Below are positions 1 through 13,379 of a stretch of 64,000 nucleotides of DNA, piece after piece (the stretch's first letter is position 1; every line of letters begins with the position of its first letter). The position numbers and the translations under genes are program-made. Location of the stretch: contig CM102286.1 in the NCBI GenBank assembly GCA_046563655.1, positions 8,866,001 through 8,930,000 on the forward strand, in the 5' to 3' direction. This DNA comes from Yuukianura sp. NJ FZ-2021. Lineage: Eukaryota. The notes beneath the pieces were generated by a model. It was not told where the DNA came from. It was given only the letters and a program-made list of their open reading frames with translations, and ran no database searches.

Positions 1-98
1 GTTTATATTCTCAAAATATTTTTCAAAAAAAGTTCGTATTAACATATTTGAATAGACGTGGTGTTAATGTACGCTTGAATTATTGTTTAATCTTTTAG

Positions 99-1598
99 CA
101 AACACAGTTGACCTTGAAGAAAAGGAAATTCCGGTAACGGATTTGACGAGTGAAGCAGAAGGAATGAGCGAAACGCAGGCAACACTTGTAGTTTCAAAGA
201 AAATTGGCTTATCAAGAAGCCAGCAATATAAGGAAGCTGTAATTGACGCCATGAACAAATCTACTAAGGCCGCAGCCGTGGAGGTAATTTCCAAATTGAT
301 TCCAATTGAAGTATGTATGACTTGTAGTAATACAATATTAACTCTAGTCTGATCCGGAATTTGATCCCGACGAGGAAGAGGAAGAGTCAGAGGAAGAAGA
401 GGAAGAAGAGGAAGAGGAGAACGTCGACGACGACAGCAGTCAACATGATGCTGAGGTCAAAGTTTCAAAACTTGAAAAACAAATGAAAATCGGAAAAAAA
501 CCAGCTTTTGTGAAGGTAAGTCACAGCTATTTCGAAACGACATAGCCTAACCTAATTAAGTTTCTCATATATTTTCCGGCTTTCAGAACTTGGCCACTGC
601 ATTCAACGTCGTCGCTCCTTCAAAAGCAACTGGACGGAACCGACATTGCAATCTTTCTAAAAGTGTTGCTGGAACATCGAGAGCTGCTTCAAGTTCTGAA
701 TTATCGATGGTATAAAGCGTTTAACTTTTTTAACGATAACCATAATGATAATGATCAAAATATTGACCTTGCTTAGGTGACTTATGGCCAGGGTTGCAAA
801 AAATATTTACTAAAAACCAGCGAAATATTTAAATAAATGCAATATTTACTGAAAAAGCTGGAAATATTTACTAGCTTAACATTACGGGCATGGGGAAATA
901 AATAAATATTTCGTAACAAAAATGCTCGAAATATTGATTTTGTTAACATTACAGGCATGGGAAGTAAATATTTTTTGCAACCCTGCTTATGGCGTTGAAC
1001 CGACTAACCAACAGAAGAGAAAAGTGGCTACGCAATCCAAAGGAGCTTCAAAGGCATCCACTGCTAAAAGAGTTCCAAAAATTGTAAGTAGATTACGGAC
1101 TTATGGGTCAGCCGATTATTTTCTATTTTAGGTAATGTCAATATTTCTTTTAATCAGGCAACGTCCCAAAGATGTCCGTCTGACGAATCGGATGATTCTT
1201 TCGATTCACCAATCGAAGTCGAAGAGGAAACGAAGCGCAGCGGAAGACGATGTAAATATATTAATTATGGTTATCATATTTCAGCAACTTTCTCTATTTT
1301 AGGTAAAGATATCAACTAATTTTCATGTATAAATTTACAGGAATTGGTGCTGGATTTTGCGCCGAGCGAGCACGGTTCGGAATCTTACAAGAAAATGCGT
1401 GAGGGGGATGTTCATATTGGACTTGGTGTTCATGTGAAATGGCATCGCTTCAAAGGGACGGATTACATTATGGTGAGACACTTTAGCAAGGGCGTTCCGG
1501 ATGGCAGACGAGGGATCAATATTGAAACTAAATATCTCCCAAATCTCAAGAAAGCAGTTGATACCGCTTATAAATGTTATTTGGAAGCCCAATCTTAA
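99..1598 (+). CDS. Multi-exon gene with acidic/low-complexity N-terminal region and C-terminal PC4/Sub1-like ssDNA-binding domain (5' end probably outside window; one exon interrupted by a MITE)
   Basis: GT-AG bounded exons at about 99-283, 348-515, 587-709, 777-1083, ~1132/1158-1251 and 1341-1598. The last exon, VHIGLGVHVKWHRFKGTDYIMVRHFSKGVPDGRRGINIETKYLPNLKKAV, parallels the PC4 pattern (LG..RYVSVRDFKGKVLIDIREY...PGRKGISL...QW..LK). The penultimate exon phase is ambiguous. Confidence 0.6.
789..985. mobile_element. hAT-type MITE (197 bp)
   Basis: Perfect 23-bp TIR cagggttgcaaaaaatatttact; 8-bp TSD cttatggc at 781-788 and 986-993. Confidence 0.92.
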
Positions 1599-2164
1599 GT
1601 CCATCATACTTGCATTCTTGAGCGGAGCTTTTTGAATTAGAAGTTCATCCTACCAATTGTAAAAATTAATAGCAAATCTACGTTATTAACAGTTGGAAAA
1701 ATAAATTGGAACATTAAATTCGGTAATAAGATGAAATGATGTACACAACGAATTTATTCTATTTCTGTTTTGAAGAACTAATATCCGTCTTAGTTGCATT
1801 TTCACTGCAAGAGGAAAGAATACGCTGTCTTTCTTGCATATTTTTTTTGTCTCTTTTTTGATCTCTTTCAAAGCGACGGCGATGGCGAATTCGATTTTGA
1901 GTTTTGTCAGGCTTTTTCTAAAAAAAAAAGAAAAGTAAATAGATAGAAGATGCACTTGTCTACAGTTAGGTTTGCATAAGGGTGTGGCTAACATACTATT
2001 TCGTACTGCTCCAAGACCCATTTTTGAAAGTGTTGCGCCTGCTTGTTGGTTCCCATTCTTCGAAACATGTTATCTTTTTTCTGAGTTAAAAAAAATAGTT
2101 TTGTATAAAAATTGTATTAAATACAAAAAGTCTAGCATGTCCTTTGTTAGTATTGATCATATGT

Positions 2165-2412
2165 CCAAAAATTTTAGGACTTAAGAAACAGCAACGAGAT
2201 TCAGCCGCAAACTTTGGCGTTGTTAATGTAAGACTTTGAGTGCAATGTAGACCTAATGAAAACACTTGAGCCGAACATAACCCCCCGACTGCGATGGGGC
2301 TAATGTTTCAGTGGAAAGGGTCCTAAAAAATGTGACAGACAGACAGACAGACAAAGTCGTATCAATAGTCTTCTTCAGCACGTCGTAGACGTGCGTCTCC
2401 AGAAGACTAAAA
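2165..2412 (-). mobile_element. Partial DINE-1/HINE-like (non-autonomous Helentron) element, 5' end
   Basis: (acag)n microsatellite followed by gtcgtatcaatagtcttcttcagcacgtcgtagacgtgcgtctccagaagactaaaa, matching the termini at 43.9, 45.6 and 47.3 kb and, with one substitution, 48.3 kb. Confidence 0.8.
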
Positions 2413-2602
2413 CAAGCACATCTCAGGATTTCTTTTAAAAACCATTCTTTGGAAGTAAATTGTGTTCTCGCAAAAAAAAAACTCTCCTATTTGCACTGCA
2501 TGTGAATTCTAACGAATTCCGACATAAGGAATTCCCAACTTGTTCTGTTTTGAGAAAATTTGGGGAATTCCTAGGAATAGAGCTTGCTGCTGGGGTAGAT
2601 TG

Positions 2603-2920
2603 CATCAAGTAAAAATTTTAGATATTGATGGGACTTAGCAAGATTTTATCAATTAAAAATTTTAGATATTGACGGCACTTAGCAAGATTTCATCAAGTAA
2701 AAATTTGAGATATTGATGGGACTTAGCTAGATTTCATTGAGAAGAAATTTTAAATATTCACGAGACTTAGCTACATTTCATCAAGAAGAAATTGTAAATA
2801 TTCACGAGCCTTAGCTACATTTCGTCAGGAAGAAATTTTAGATATTCATGAGACTTAGCTAGATTTCATCAAGAAAAAATTTTAGATATTGATGGGACCT
2901 GGCAAGATTTCATCAAAAAA
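2603..2920. repeat. Tandem repeat, ~44-bp unit x ~7
   Basis: Unit like catcaagtaaaaattttagatattgatgggacttagcaagattt; degenerate inverted copies at ~3100-3170. Confidence 0.85.
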
Positions 2921-3960
2921 ACAACAGCAATATCTTGGAAAATTTCAATTTTTCATGAATAAGGAAAATACATTTTTGAGAATTTGTTAGCCTAATCCTG
3001 ACTTTTTCCTCCTCTAGAAAGGTAGAAGGTGCGATGTTGTTTTCAAAAAACAATATTTTGCAAATTTTCAATTTTTCATGAATAAGGAAAATACCTATAA
3101 AGTCTCAGGAATACCTAAAATTTCTTTTTGATGAAATCTACCTGTGTCAGGAATACTTAAAATTTCTCCTTAACCTTTCTTCTTTCTAGGTATTCCTGAT
3201 TCTTAAGTAGATAGGTTTGTACACAAAATTTCAAAAAAATTGATAATTTCTATGTCAACGGTCCAACTGGAATTGTTTTCAAATTTGAAAACCGCCTACT
3301 AGAAAAAAGACAAACTATAGTATTCTTATCCTAAATTGTGATTAGGACGATTGAACGTGTCTGGGGCGGAGCCCCAGCAAACTTTGCTCAGCCAAGCTGG
3401 TAAATAATTAATTATAAGTAGTACAATATTATTGTTCCCAAATAAAATACTTGTCCAAGTGAATCCTCGTAAATTCTCTTCTACTTTGTCGCTTATTACT
3501 ATAGTTTTAGTCAATCCGAAGCTCCCGGCGGAATTGTACTTTCTTCGATGGGCTTTAGCTCGCTGCCGTCAGGGAATTCCAAGCGAACCAATATAGTCCA
3601 TGTACTTACAAAGGAGCCCCGGGATTTAGCCACGATTGTCTTGGTTCTCCTTCATATAGTTGTGTACGTTGGCCTGGTTTCATTCCAGAAAATGCAACCC
3701 AGGTGCTTTCACCCACATCACTCCACTAAAGGTGCTGAGAAGAAAAGTCCAAGCCATTCGGAACAAAAAAATACAATAGAAATCTGGATATGCAACAGGA
3801 TTCGATGGAGATAAGCTAAATTGCCAGTCAGTTCGTGGAAGCTAAAGTTTGGAGTCCCGAGTAGTGCTTCCTTTTTCCAGCCGATGAAACATAGGAAGCA
3901 GAGTTTCCCAGTAGCAATTTCTTCAATGTTTCGCAACTGAAAATTCGGAACCACTTGTCC

Positions 3961-4050
3961 CAAGATTGCTATAGCGACCATTTACACTAAAATGGCGTAA
4001 GTACGTAAGCTTACGCCATTTTAGTATAAATGGTCGCTATAGCAATCTTG
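3961..4050. mobile_element. 90-bp hairpin MITE with 8-bp TSD (P- or hAT-like)
   Basis: 41-bp TIR caagattgctatagcgaccattta(c/t)actaaaatggcgtaag with one mismatch and an 8-nt loop; TSD acttgtcc at 3953-3960 and 4051-4058. Confidence 0.88.
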
Positions 4051-7000
4051 ACTTGTCCGGTCATCGCTTCACTGGTCGTATTTTTGTCTTACACATCTGG
4101 ATTTCGGCATAACTTATTTGCGCAGCTTCTATTTTCCAATTTTGTCTGGAGTCTAGCATGGGGTGTGAACAAAGTAATGTTGGTGGTGTGGGTGCTGTGG
4201 CTGAAAATACAGTGACTGAAAATGGAGGGGCCGGAATTAAGGGAATACAACTTGAGTCACCTACTACTGGTAAGTTTGACAGTCAGTATTTCTCCTACAT
4301 TTGTTAGGCTTCAAATAATATGATTTTAGACCCTGGGTTTTTTTAACCTTAACCATAGCGGAAAAACATAAACGGCAGATGACAGAGGTTCCATTTTATA
4401 TTTTAATTAAGAAGGAATCACACATGGCAACGGGGTGTCTCGTTTCGCCTCAAATTAATTAACTTTAAGGTATAATTAGAATTCACAGGTATAACGTAGA
4501 AATGTGTACAAGGGCTCTAAAAATTCGTCTTTATCTGTAGAATACAGAGCAGTAATCGGAATTTCAATTTTTGTTGCAAAATGGTACTAAAAATTGAATA
4601 CAAAGTTCAATATTTTCTAAGCGTGGAATGATACAAAAATTCGGGAATTTGGTCACGGCGACTTAAGCGCCATGGTCTTCCGGATTTTTAGACACCTCAA
4701 ACGCATTTCTAGGTCTTATAATGAACATCTAATTAGCCAAAGTAGATGAAATTCTGCAGTAATTTACAAATTTGCAAATGTCGGCACTGAAATTAGCCGT
4801 CTCTATGGGAACACGTTGATTGTTTTGTTCCAGCTTAGTTGGTATGTTGTACTGTGGAAAACTTTGACTAGTCAACCATTCGAAACAGTGCCGACTTTTG
4901 CAAGTTTGAGCAGTGATTTTGCTTTGTTACTAACGGCAATGGCTGACACCAAATCGTAAACAAACGCTGCCTCTTACCCGTCCTTAAAGCATCTCTGATT
5001 GAAAATAGGTATTTTCTGAGGTTCCGAGTGTTTCAACCCTAACGCTTAATTGAATTTTGACTATTCTACATAAAAGCACATTCATACTCGATGGAGACCC
5101 ACATTATAGCTTGGTCAACATTGAATTTGAAAAACTAGCTGAAAAATGAAAGTTAAAGCTAGCTTACAAAGCAGCTAAAAGTTGCATAACATTATTATAA
5201 GAGTTTACGCTCGTAGATAGAAAAACTTTTGTACAGGAATGTAATAAATTTATATTCATAATGCCTAGGTAAATGGAATGCACATAGAACCGTACTTTTA
5301 CAAATTATTTCGGAATTTTACTTGTGCCTGCATCGGCGTTCTAAGGTACAAAAGTACAAGAAACAGCTTTTGTGTTGTCGTTCCTTCAAAGAAATGTCAA
5401 CTTTCACCTTTCCCTAAATGCGCAGATCCAACAACGTCACATCTCACAGTCCCTTTTGCTTCCTGTGGAAGGTACGAAAATAATTCAAACCTACTATATT
5501 CCCAGCAACACTGCATTATTGGAGCGTATAGTGACTATGATTCTAAAATGATTCAAAGTGTGGACGACACCATTTGTATTCTAAGGTAGAATCTTTAATG
5601 ATTATAAAAATAAAACTTTAGAAAACAAATTAAACCAACAAATTAAACCAACGAGAACTTTTTATTCGCAAATTGCTGTTTAGGAAGGCATATTCGAAAG
5701 TCTTGGGAAAGTTATGCAGTAAAATTGAAACAACTGACGTTTTAGAATAATTGCAAGACGTTGCTCGTTACTTCCTTACTAGTCTTATGTGGTGTGAGCT
5801 TCAACTACGAATACTTTTTTTTAAAAGTTGGTACTAACGTCGCAACAGCATACGTTTCCAGCTGTAATCTGTCCACTGGGTAATAATGCCGTAGCACTAA
5901 ATTACGATGGAAGCCAAGGAACAAGCACCCAAATCAGAAGAACTACTAAAGTAGAGCAAAGTAGGTGTACAAGATGTGAGTTGATGTCGTTTGGCGGCGT
6001 CTGTTCCTTCCTGTCAAAGTAAACTGTGTGACGCTTTTGAGGTTCCCCTTTCCCGTTCGTATAACAAAAATGATGCCGAAAGTGGCACAAATAGCGACAT
6101 CTACCGAGCCGCCATGGAAGTAAAATTATGAATGGGGGAAATTACTTTGAAAGAAAGCAAATGAAGTTAGAGTGGAAGATGATTTAGAATGGAAGTGAAA
6201 GTGGAATGATTTCCTTATTTGTTTTCACTTTCTCTCAAGCAATTTTCAACATTCTTTTGTTTTCTAGACGCACGATGAACGTTGAGTCAGAATGAACAAA
6301 CAACATTGGTCAACCTTCTATAATCTTTTCTCATTTTGAAAAGATAGAAGTGAGCTATGAATGATTTCAACTTTTTGCTCTACAATATTTATGAGTCGCC
6401 ATTTTTTCTTTCCTATTCATCCTTTTTATGTTCTTTTCAATTACCAAGTTTCCGCCCGGATTTTTAAAATCCAAAGCCTGTAAAAAACCATCTTTTTCCG
6501 TTCAAAAAAAGTCGCCGATCCATTACCCTTGACAACTCCGGCACGAACAATATGTGGGTGCTCCATTTCTTATGAACAAAGAGGAGGAAGTGGCAATTTG
6601 GAGTTGGCAAGAAAATGTTCCAGAAACAAATGAAAGTCCACATAGAGGTTTTTCCTTGAACAATTAAGTAATGCGCAGCATATTGTTGTCTGATTTATGT
6701 GTTCTTTGTTCCATGTGAACATCGTACGAATTTCAATTTTCGAAGATCAATCTTGTTGATCCTGGCAGATGGAGATGCCTTCGAATAAAAAAAATGGAAA
6801 AAAAAAGTTAAGAATAGTCAAACACCCCTGTGGTATACAATTGTTCCGCCGAAGAAAAGTTAGAGAAAGAATACAAATATTCTTCAACTTCAAAGGAAAT
6901 TATTCTCGATTTTGAATTCTAGATTCACACTCGCCTCGCCTCCTTTGGCTAAAAAAAATCAATGATAAATAATAGGGTTTTAATATCCTTTTAAAAGCTT

Positions 7001-10000
7001 TTTAAATGATTTCCCGGAAGCGGGTTTTAACTAACTAAGTTTTAAAAGCATTTTCTGAGACAGTTTGTATTTTCATAAAAGAACCCCCCATTTACCATTA
7101 CCATTATCTTTTACTAATTTAAAAACAACTCTTAGCCCGTAGTGGGAAAGTTCCTACATTAATGGCTGTTATTGGTTAAGTTGTTTTTGGCTGCAATCAA
7201 AATTTGCAAGTTTACTTTCCTGCTCCCCAAGAAAGTCGTCACTCTTTGCAATTTTAGGAAATATATTGTGGATGACATGCCACGGATTTTTAGGCACATT
7301 TACAACCCGGTGCTAATATTAAGTTTACATTTTTATCTTTTCGGTAAGTTTCCAAGAGTTCGAAGATGAATTCTTTTTGTTTGGAATTCTTTTCGGACTA
7401 TTCTCCAGTGTTTTGTGTCTAGAATTTATTGCATTTCTTTTCGAATTGTAAACTTTTGTACCTGGTGCTCGCTCTTTGGTCTATCTATAGTAACTATATA
7501 GTAGACATCAACACTGCAACTTACAATTTGTGAGTCACAAAAATCGACGTGCTGAAACCAAATCCCTGCTGAGTCAGGTAAAGGCGTTATTTACCCAGAG
7601 AGAAATGGCTGACAAAAGTTCCTGTTGCCATTTTCCCACCATTTCCCGTGAAGAAGCGTCCTTTCCGTTTTAAAAGTTCAGAGCCATTCCTTTTCAGCTC
7701 CTTTCAACTATTTAGTTCCTGCGCTCAACTTCCTTCTCTCTGTTGTCTCCAAGCTCCCATTTGACTCTTCAAAAATGTAGTATGCAGGGGCTCGGCTGTG
7801 ACTGTGAGGGGTTTGTGGGATGCGGGAAGACAGTTTTGTAAGTTGGTTGGTTCATAGATGAGGCCTGTCAGTCCTAGGTTAGGTTACGCTACATTGCTGC
7901 TGTGCCCGTGGCAGTCCATCCCAAGACGGAAGTTCGCGGGAAGAAAGTGATATCGATCAGTTGAGGTTCCTCTTCCTTTCGTCTTCGCAGTCCCAGTTAT
8001 TAGGCTGGAGAGGACGGATGGAAGAAAGAAAGTTCCTTGTCCAAACGAAGAAGAAAGTCCACAGTCGAGATGCTGTGGGAATTGCTTTCTGCTGAAATTA
8101 CTTTCTCTTCACTATCTTATAAATGAATGATGATAGAAGGAAAATAGTAGTGCAAGGGACGCTTCACTTCTCCTCTTCAAAGAAGAACCGAAAGTTTTGG
8201 TCCTATTAATAAGTTCAATCATCCTCAAGCATTTCCAAGAACTTTGTCCGTTTTCAAAAACTGTTCGTAAAACTTTTTTTGGAAAAGTAATCTAAGTTTG
8301 CCTTAAAAAGAAACTATAAACCGCATAAGTTTTATTCAAGAATTGGAAATATGCGTAGGCGCTCAACTTGAACTGCATTGACAGTGACACATCGCCTGTC
8401 AAAATCCTGCCCTGAGATGAATAATTAGGCGATACTTCAGCCAATCTGTAGCGAAAATAGAATCTCGTCAGTTCCATTTTGATTTTGCAATTTTGGTTTT
8501 TCAAAATCTTGGAATTTGTGATTCGTCGGGAGAGACGCACTCTCACGGCTTGCAACATTTCAACATTTGTAAGTAAAAAAAAAACAACGAGCCCTCCTTG
8601 CAGATATTTGTGCACATTCCAAGACGTACAACGTAAGGTGGACTTAGTATAGTAAAAAAAAAACTTATGAAATGCTGCAGAAGCGCTAGTCTTTTAAAGT
8701 TGAGGGATAGGCGGTGGCGAAAGTAAAGTTTTCCGCAGAAACTTATTTTTCCCTTTAAAGTTTAATTGGCTAAAAGCTACCAAAGTATTTTCAGCCGTGA
8801 GAAATATTATTCCTTGTGCGAACTCAAAAATCTGTTCTATACTTTGGTTGGTAGTGTGGTAAGGTCCACTATGCTACCGACAGGAGGACGCAACGACGGT
8901 AGAAAGTAAAAAAATATATATAGCAGCGTACCTCCAAGGATTTTGAAACCTTCTTATTTAGCCAAGGGATCACACGTTTTCCTTGCAAAATTGTTGGAAA
9001 TGTTCAAACTGGAATTCAACGGAGCAAAATCCAGAAGATGTCCTCTAGGGAAATAGAAACCTGAAAAAGAAAAGACTTCCCTGCGCCCACTCCGCTTTCC
9101 CTGGCTTTCACTGGTGAATCGGCAATATACGTACCCGTAGAGTACTCTCAGGACTTCTCTTGTAAAACTCCAGGTTAGTTGAGCTGCAAAAGCTAGAATC
9201 TAGACCATTCTCGAGCCATCAGGCAGTCGGTGTAGAGTTTAAGTAAAAACTGGTCTCCCAATTTTACACCTTTTGCCAAGTAGCATTGACAATCCAAGGG
9301 CCAACACCACAAATTATCTACGTCTGCCCGGCGAGACAAAGTTCGTGTCGAATTTACCAATAACATAAGTCAGTGGAAGCCCACAAGTCACTCTAATTCT
9401 CCAATTTATTTCGTGACGAGGCTCTTTGGCAACAAAACGACTTTCACCTGCTGAGTATTCTCAACGGTAACGATTCAATTCTTTACAATCTTAATATTTT
9501 TACGCAGTTCTACGCAAATGCTTATTTGTCATACTTTTACAAATCAATGCGCAAAACAAATTCGAAGAGTAACGACGACGACGACACTGCAAGTGAACTA
9601 AATTAATCTTTTCAGGAAATTTCAAAAGAATCTCACCTAAACCAAAAGGACGCCTTATGTTAACCTTACTTGTTCCAAGATTTTTTAATAAGTGTTCCGA
9701 TTTTTAACTGGAATGTTGTCAATTTTGTTTTCAAATGTTTTGCAACGCTTGCCAAGAATTTCAGTTCAGGTTAAACTCACCAAAATGAAAATTCACAATC
9801 CAAAACCTTTAATTAAAGCTTCCGTCACTGACACATCGTTGACAGTAGACAAGAAACGTTCGCCTTGGATTCCAAAAACTAAGCTAACAGAAGTGTCCCC
9901 TGTACATTCGCTACGCTTAAGTTTGCATATTTACTAGGCTAACGCTGCACAAGCTACACAGCAGATACTTAAATGTCACGAGCGCAAGGTAACTTGAAAC

Positions 10001-11540
10001 TCTGAACTCAATGAGAAAAAATTCATTCACTAAAACCATCATGTACGAGTTTCTAAGAGCTTTCTTTTCGTATACTTTTGTTAATTCCAAACAATTTTTT
10101 AAAATTATGCGGACAATTATTTTCACAATCTTGTTTCGGGTTCAAACAGGCAAAACTTCTAACTACATTGCTTTGGTTTGAGTTGAGTAATCCTTTGAAA
10201 TTAATAGTAATTATGGTTAATGGGAAAAACAAAAGAGAAAAAAGTCATCTTGGTCTCGGAGGTACTTCAGGATGATACTCGACGGCAAGTTTAGAAAATC
10301 CTGTGAAATGTGCATGAACATTAAGACGGGGATGCTAAAATACCTCAAGGCTTATTGAGGTTTTACTGTTGAAAGCTGCGAAGCTTTGTTTCATCGAGGA
10401 TATTAGATTTTGGCACCGAGCTAGTCTCACAATTAAACTTTTTTTCGGTAAAGCTTAGAGAAAACTTTATCTTGACACTTACTGCGAGATGGCGGTTTGG
10501 AGCGAATGATCTTATGTGAAGTTGATTAATTTTTTTTTTTATAAAATTCAAAGTTTGGGAACGGCGCGTGAGATATTTTGTGGTTTGGTTAACTTTTCTG
10601 GGTTCCATGTCATTGGTCCGAGTGAATTGCCACGAAACGAATTACGGCGAATAGTAGATTGCTCCGAAAGTCACATTGCACCGAAAATTCATTGCGCGCT
10701 TACTAAGCGTACTTACTAACCTAACCGTGTGACATACCTCAAACAAGTCTCATCCCATGATTGTTAGCCTGAAGAAAGGTTATTAACCCCCTGTTATAAC
10801 CTAACCAACTAATGTTTTAACTTATTAATTAATTGAATATTTAATTTTATTTTTTAATTCTTTAATTTTCTTGAAGGAATGCGCTTCAGAGCAATTCATT
10901 CGTAGCAATGGCATGCTTATACCACTTTTGATATGTGAATAGATTTAAAGCACTCAGGTTTTATGGTAGCATTGTTATGCCAATGCCAAACACCAATCTA
11001 GAAGTTTCTTGCGCAAAACTTTGTCTGGATTTCTAGAATTTTTTGTTGCTCAACATCGACATACCTTTTCATGGCATTCGGTATGAAGAGAAGAACAATA
11101 ACGGAAATAAAAAATCCAATCCATCCAGTGGAAACGGCTGACTATATATTTCTTATTTTCACGTTTTTCAAAAATTATTTTTTTAAACAAAAAGCTAAAG
11201 AGTTTTTTGTCTTGAATTACGACACGCAAGTCTTGTTGTTGGTTGGCAACGCTCGGTAAGCCGCAACTCTGAAAATGGTGTGCAATTAAATTTTTAAATT
11301 CTAGCAGAACCGTGGTTTGCCTTTGCCTACGAAACTCGAAAACTAAATTGTGAAATATAAGTTGTAACAATTAGTATTAGGTAGTAGATTTTAGTAAGGC
11401 TTATAGAACTGATGTTAATAGTACGGATGTTGTGAGCCGGAAATAATTATGGGTGGTAGCTGATACGAAATAAATCAGAGATGTTCCATTAGTTGAAGTT
11501 CTTAAAACATCCAACTTTAATCAAACTTTGAATTATTTAG

Positions 11541-13379
11541 ACCTTAGTGAACTGAATCTTGAGGATCCGGATCTTCAGGAAGCGGCAACCAAAATCCAAG
11601 CGAGTTTTCGAGGGCATAAAACGCGAAAAAACTTGCAAATGGCACAACCTGAGGAAGTTGTGGATATTGATCTGGAGGACCCAGGCAAGTAATTACGAAC
11701 TTTCCTCCCAATTCCCATCCCACAAACCCCAAAGTTCAACTTCGGTAGCCAGACATAATGAAAAATAGAAGTGTGGCGGGTGAAAACTAATTTGTGCTAA
11801 AATCTTTTGTGTTATTAATAGAATCTCAACTTTGAGGAAAGCGTGTTTTGTTTTGATTTTTCCTTTTCAAACAATTTCAGAATTTGAAAAGAATAAATTA
11901 AACACTATCACGATTTTTTCAAAACAGTTTCTGTTAAGCCTAGATTTTTGTGTTCTCTCACGATAAGACTTCTTCTTTTCACGTTCTCGTGAAAACTCGC
12001 TTGAGCGATTTTTCATAAGAGCGTACTTCAAAAATAATTTGGATCGATCCAGAAGAACTGGCAGAGAAATAGGACGCGGAAGACATTTTTGCGCAAACAA
12101 AAAAAGATTCATCATGGTAGTGTTATCGGATAAATAGAAAAATAGGCGCTGCGCGAAAATTGAAGTCACAGACAAAGATGGACGAGGAAAAAATAGTTTG
12201 TATAAGGTCTGCACCAGCAGAGCTTTTGTTGCATGTCTTCGACGTCGTCAGATTAAGTCCCTGAATTTTGGTGTCATGTTGTGTGTAATCTTTTGCAGAC
12301 GTTGCATTGGCAGCTACTCGAATCCAAGCTTCGTTCAGAGGGCATCAAGCGAAGAGGGCTGCTGAAAAGGCAGAGAAAGCAGAGGCAGAGCTTAGTAAAA
12401 AATTGGAAACTCTCAACACCAAGGCAGAGGTGAGCCATTTCTCCGTTTGCTATTTCCAAATCTCCTATTTTATTTTACCAACAATTTCTCCAGGGATTTC
12501 ACAACCCTATTTTTTTCGGCGTCCGCCCCTTTCCAATTTTCTGCACATGCAAAAGTGTTCTACCTTCTCAAATGCTCCAAAACTTCCAACTTTGTTTGCC
12601 ATCACTTGTGAAATTTTGAAAATAGGAGTCAAATCTGCCTCGTTGAAATTTTTTAAACCAGCATACAATTATTATATTAAATAAATTTTTGAAAGTATAC
12701 TGAAGCTAATTTCAAAATTTTATTACAACAATAGGATTCGCTACAGTTGTACAGTCCTAGGAAACTTTTTAACAATGTTTGAAAAATGTCAAAGATCATG
12801 TTCGCCACTACCTAGACATTTTTTATTCTGCACAGCACGACTTTGGAAATCAAAAAACGCTAGTTTGTGGTTGAAAATGAATTTGCGTGATAAAGTTTTG
12901 TGTAGTTTAACAAACTTGTTTCATGTTTTATTTGGTTGTAGAAAGTAATAAAAGGTAGGAAGTGAAAGTGTGGTTCAAAGCTTATGTATTTATTTGAAAA
13001 CATACTATTTTATTTCGAAAACTCATGGAAATGAAAAAGTTGTCAGTTGTCAGTTCTTTTTGCTTTTGTGTCAAAACTTTATGAGAGAGGCACTTGAAAA
13101 ACCAAATTTCAGTTTTTTGTTGTTGAAGGCAGTAGACACTGTCACTTAAATAGAATTGTGGTAAAAGTCAAAGGTTATTTGAATAAATTTTGTAAATACA
13201 ACGCAGAGCGACGCGCCAGAAGAATAATTTTTTTCGTACATCTTTTATAGGAAGCAGAGGAAATGCCTGACCTGACTGACCCTGAACTAAATAAAGCAGC
13301 AACTAAAATCCAAGCTCAATTTCGAGGTCACATGGTACGGAAAACTGACGAGAAGGAAAAGCCTACGGAATCCAAGTGA
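11541..13379 (+). CDS. igl: igloo / GAP-43(neuromodulin)-like calmodulin-binding protein with three IQ motifs (last three coding exons; first exon not located)
   Basis: Exons 11541-11684, 12299-12429 and 13251-13379 splice in phase and encode LEDPDLQEAATKIQASFRGHKTRK, LEDPDVALAATRIQASFRGHQAKR and LTDPELNKAATKIQAQFRGHMVRK, then TGA. Confidence 0.8.

Noticed and set aside
4300..11500. Many 60-110 aa ORFs in the ORF track (also 13.4-18.6 kb)
   Set aside because: No recognisable motifs, mostly non-ATG starts and AT-rich composition; probably intron, UTR or intergenic sequence of the igloo-like gene and Cbl. The first igloo exon may lie here but could not be identified.
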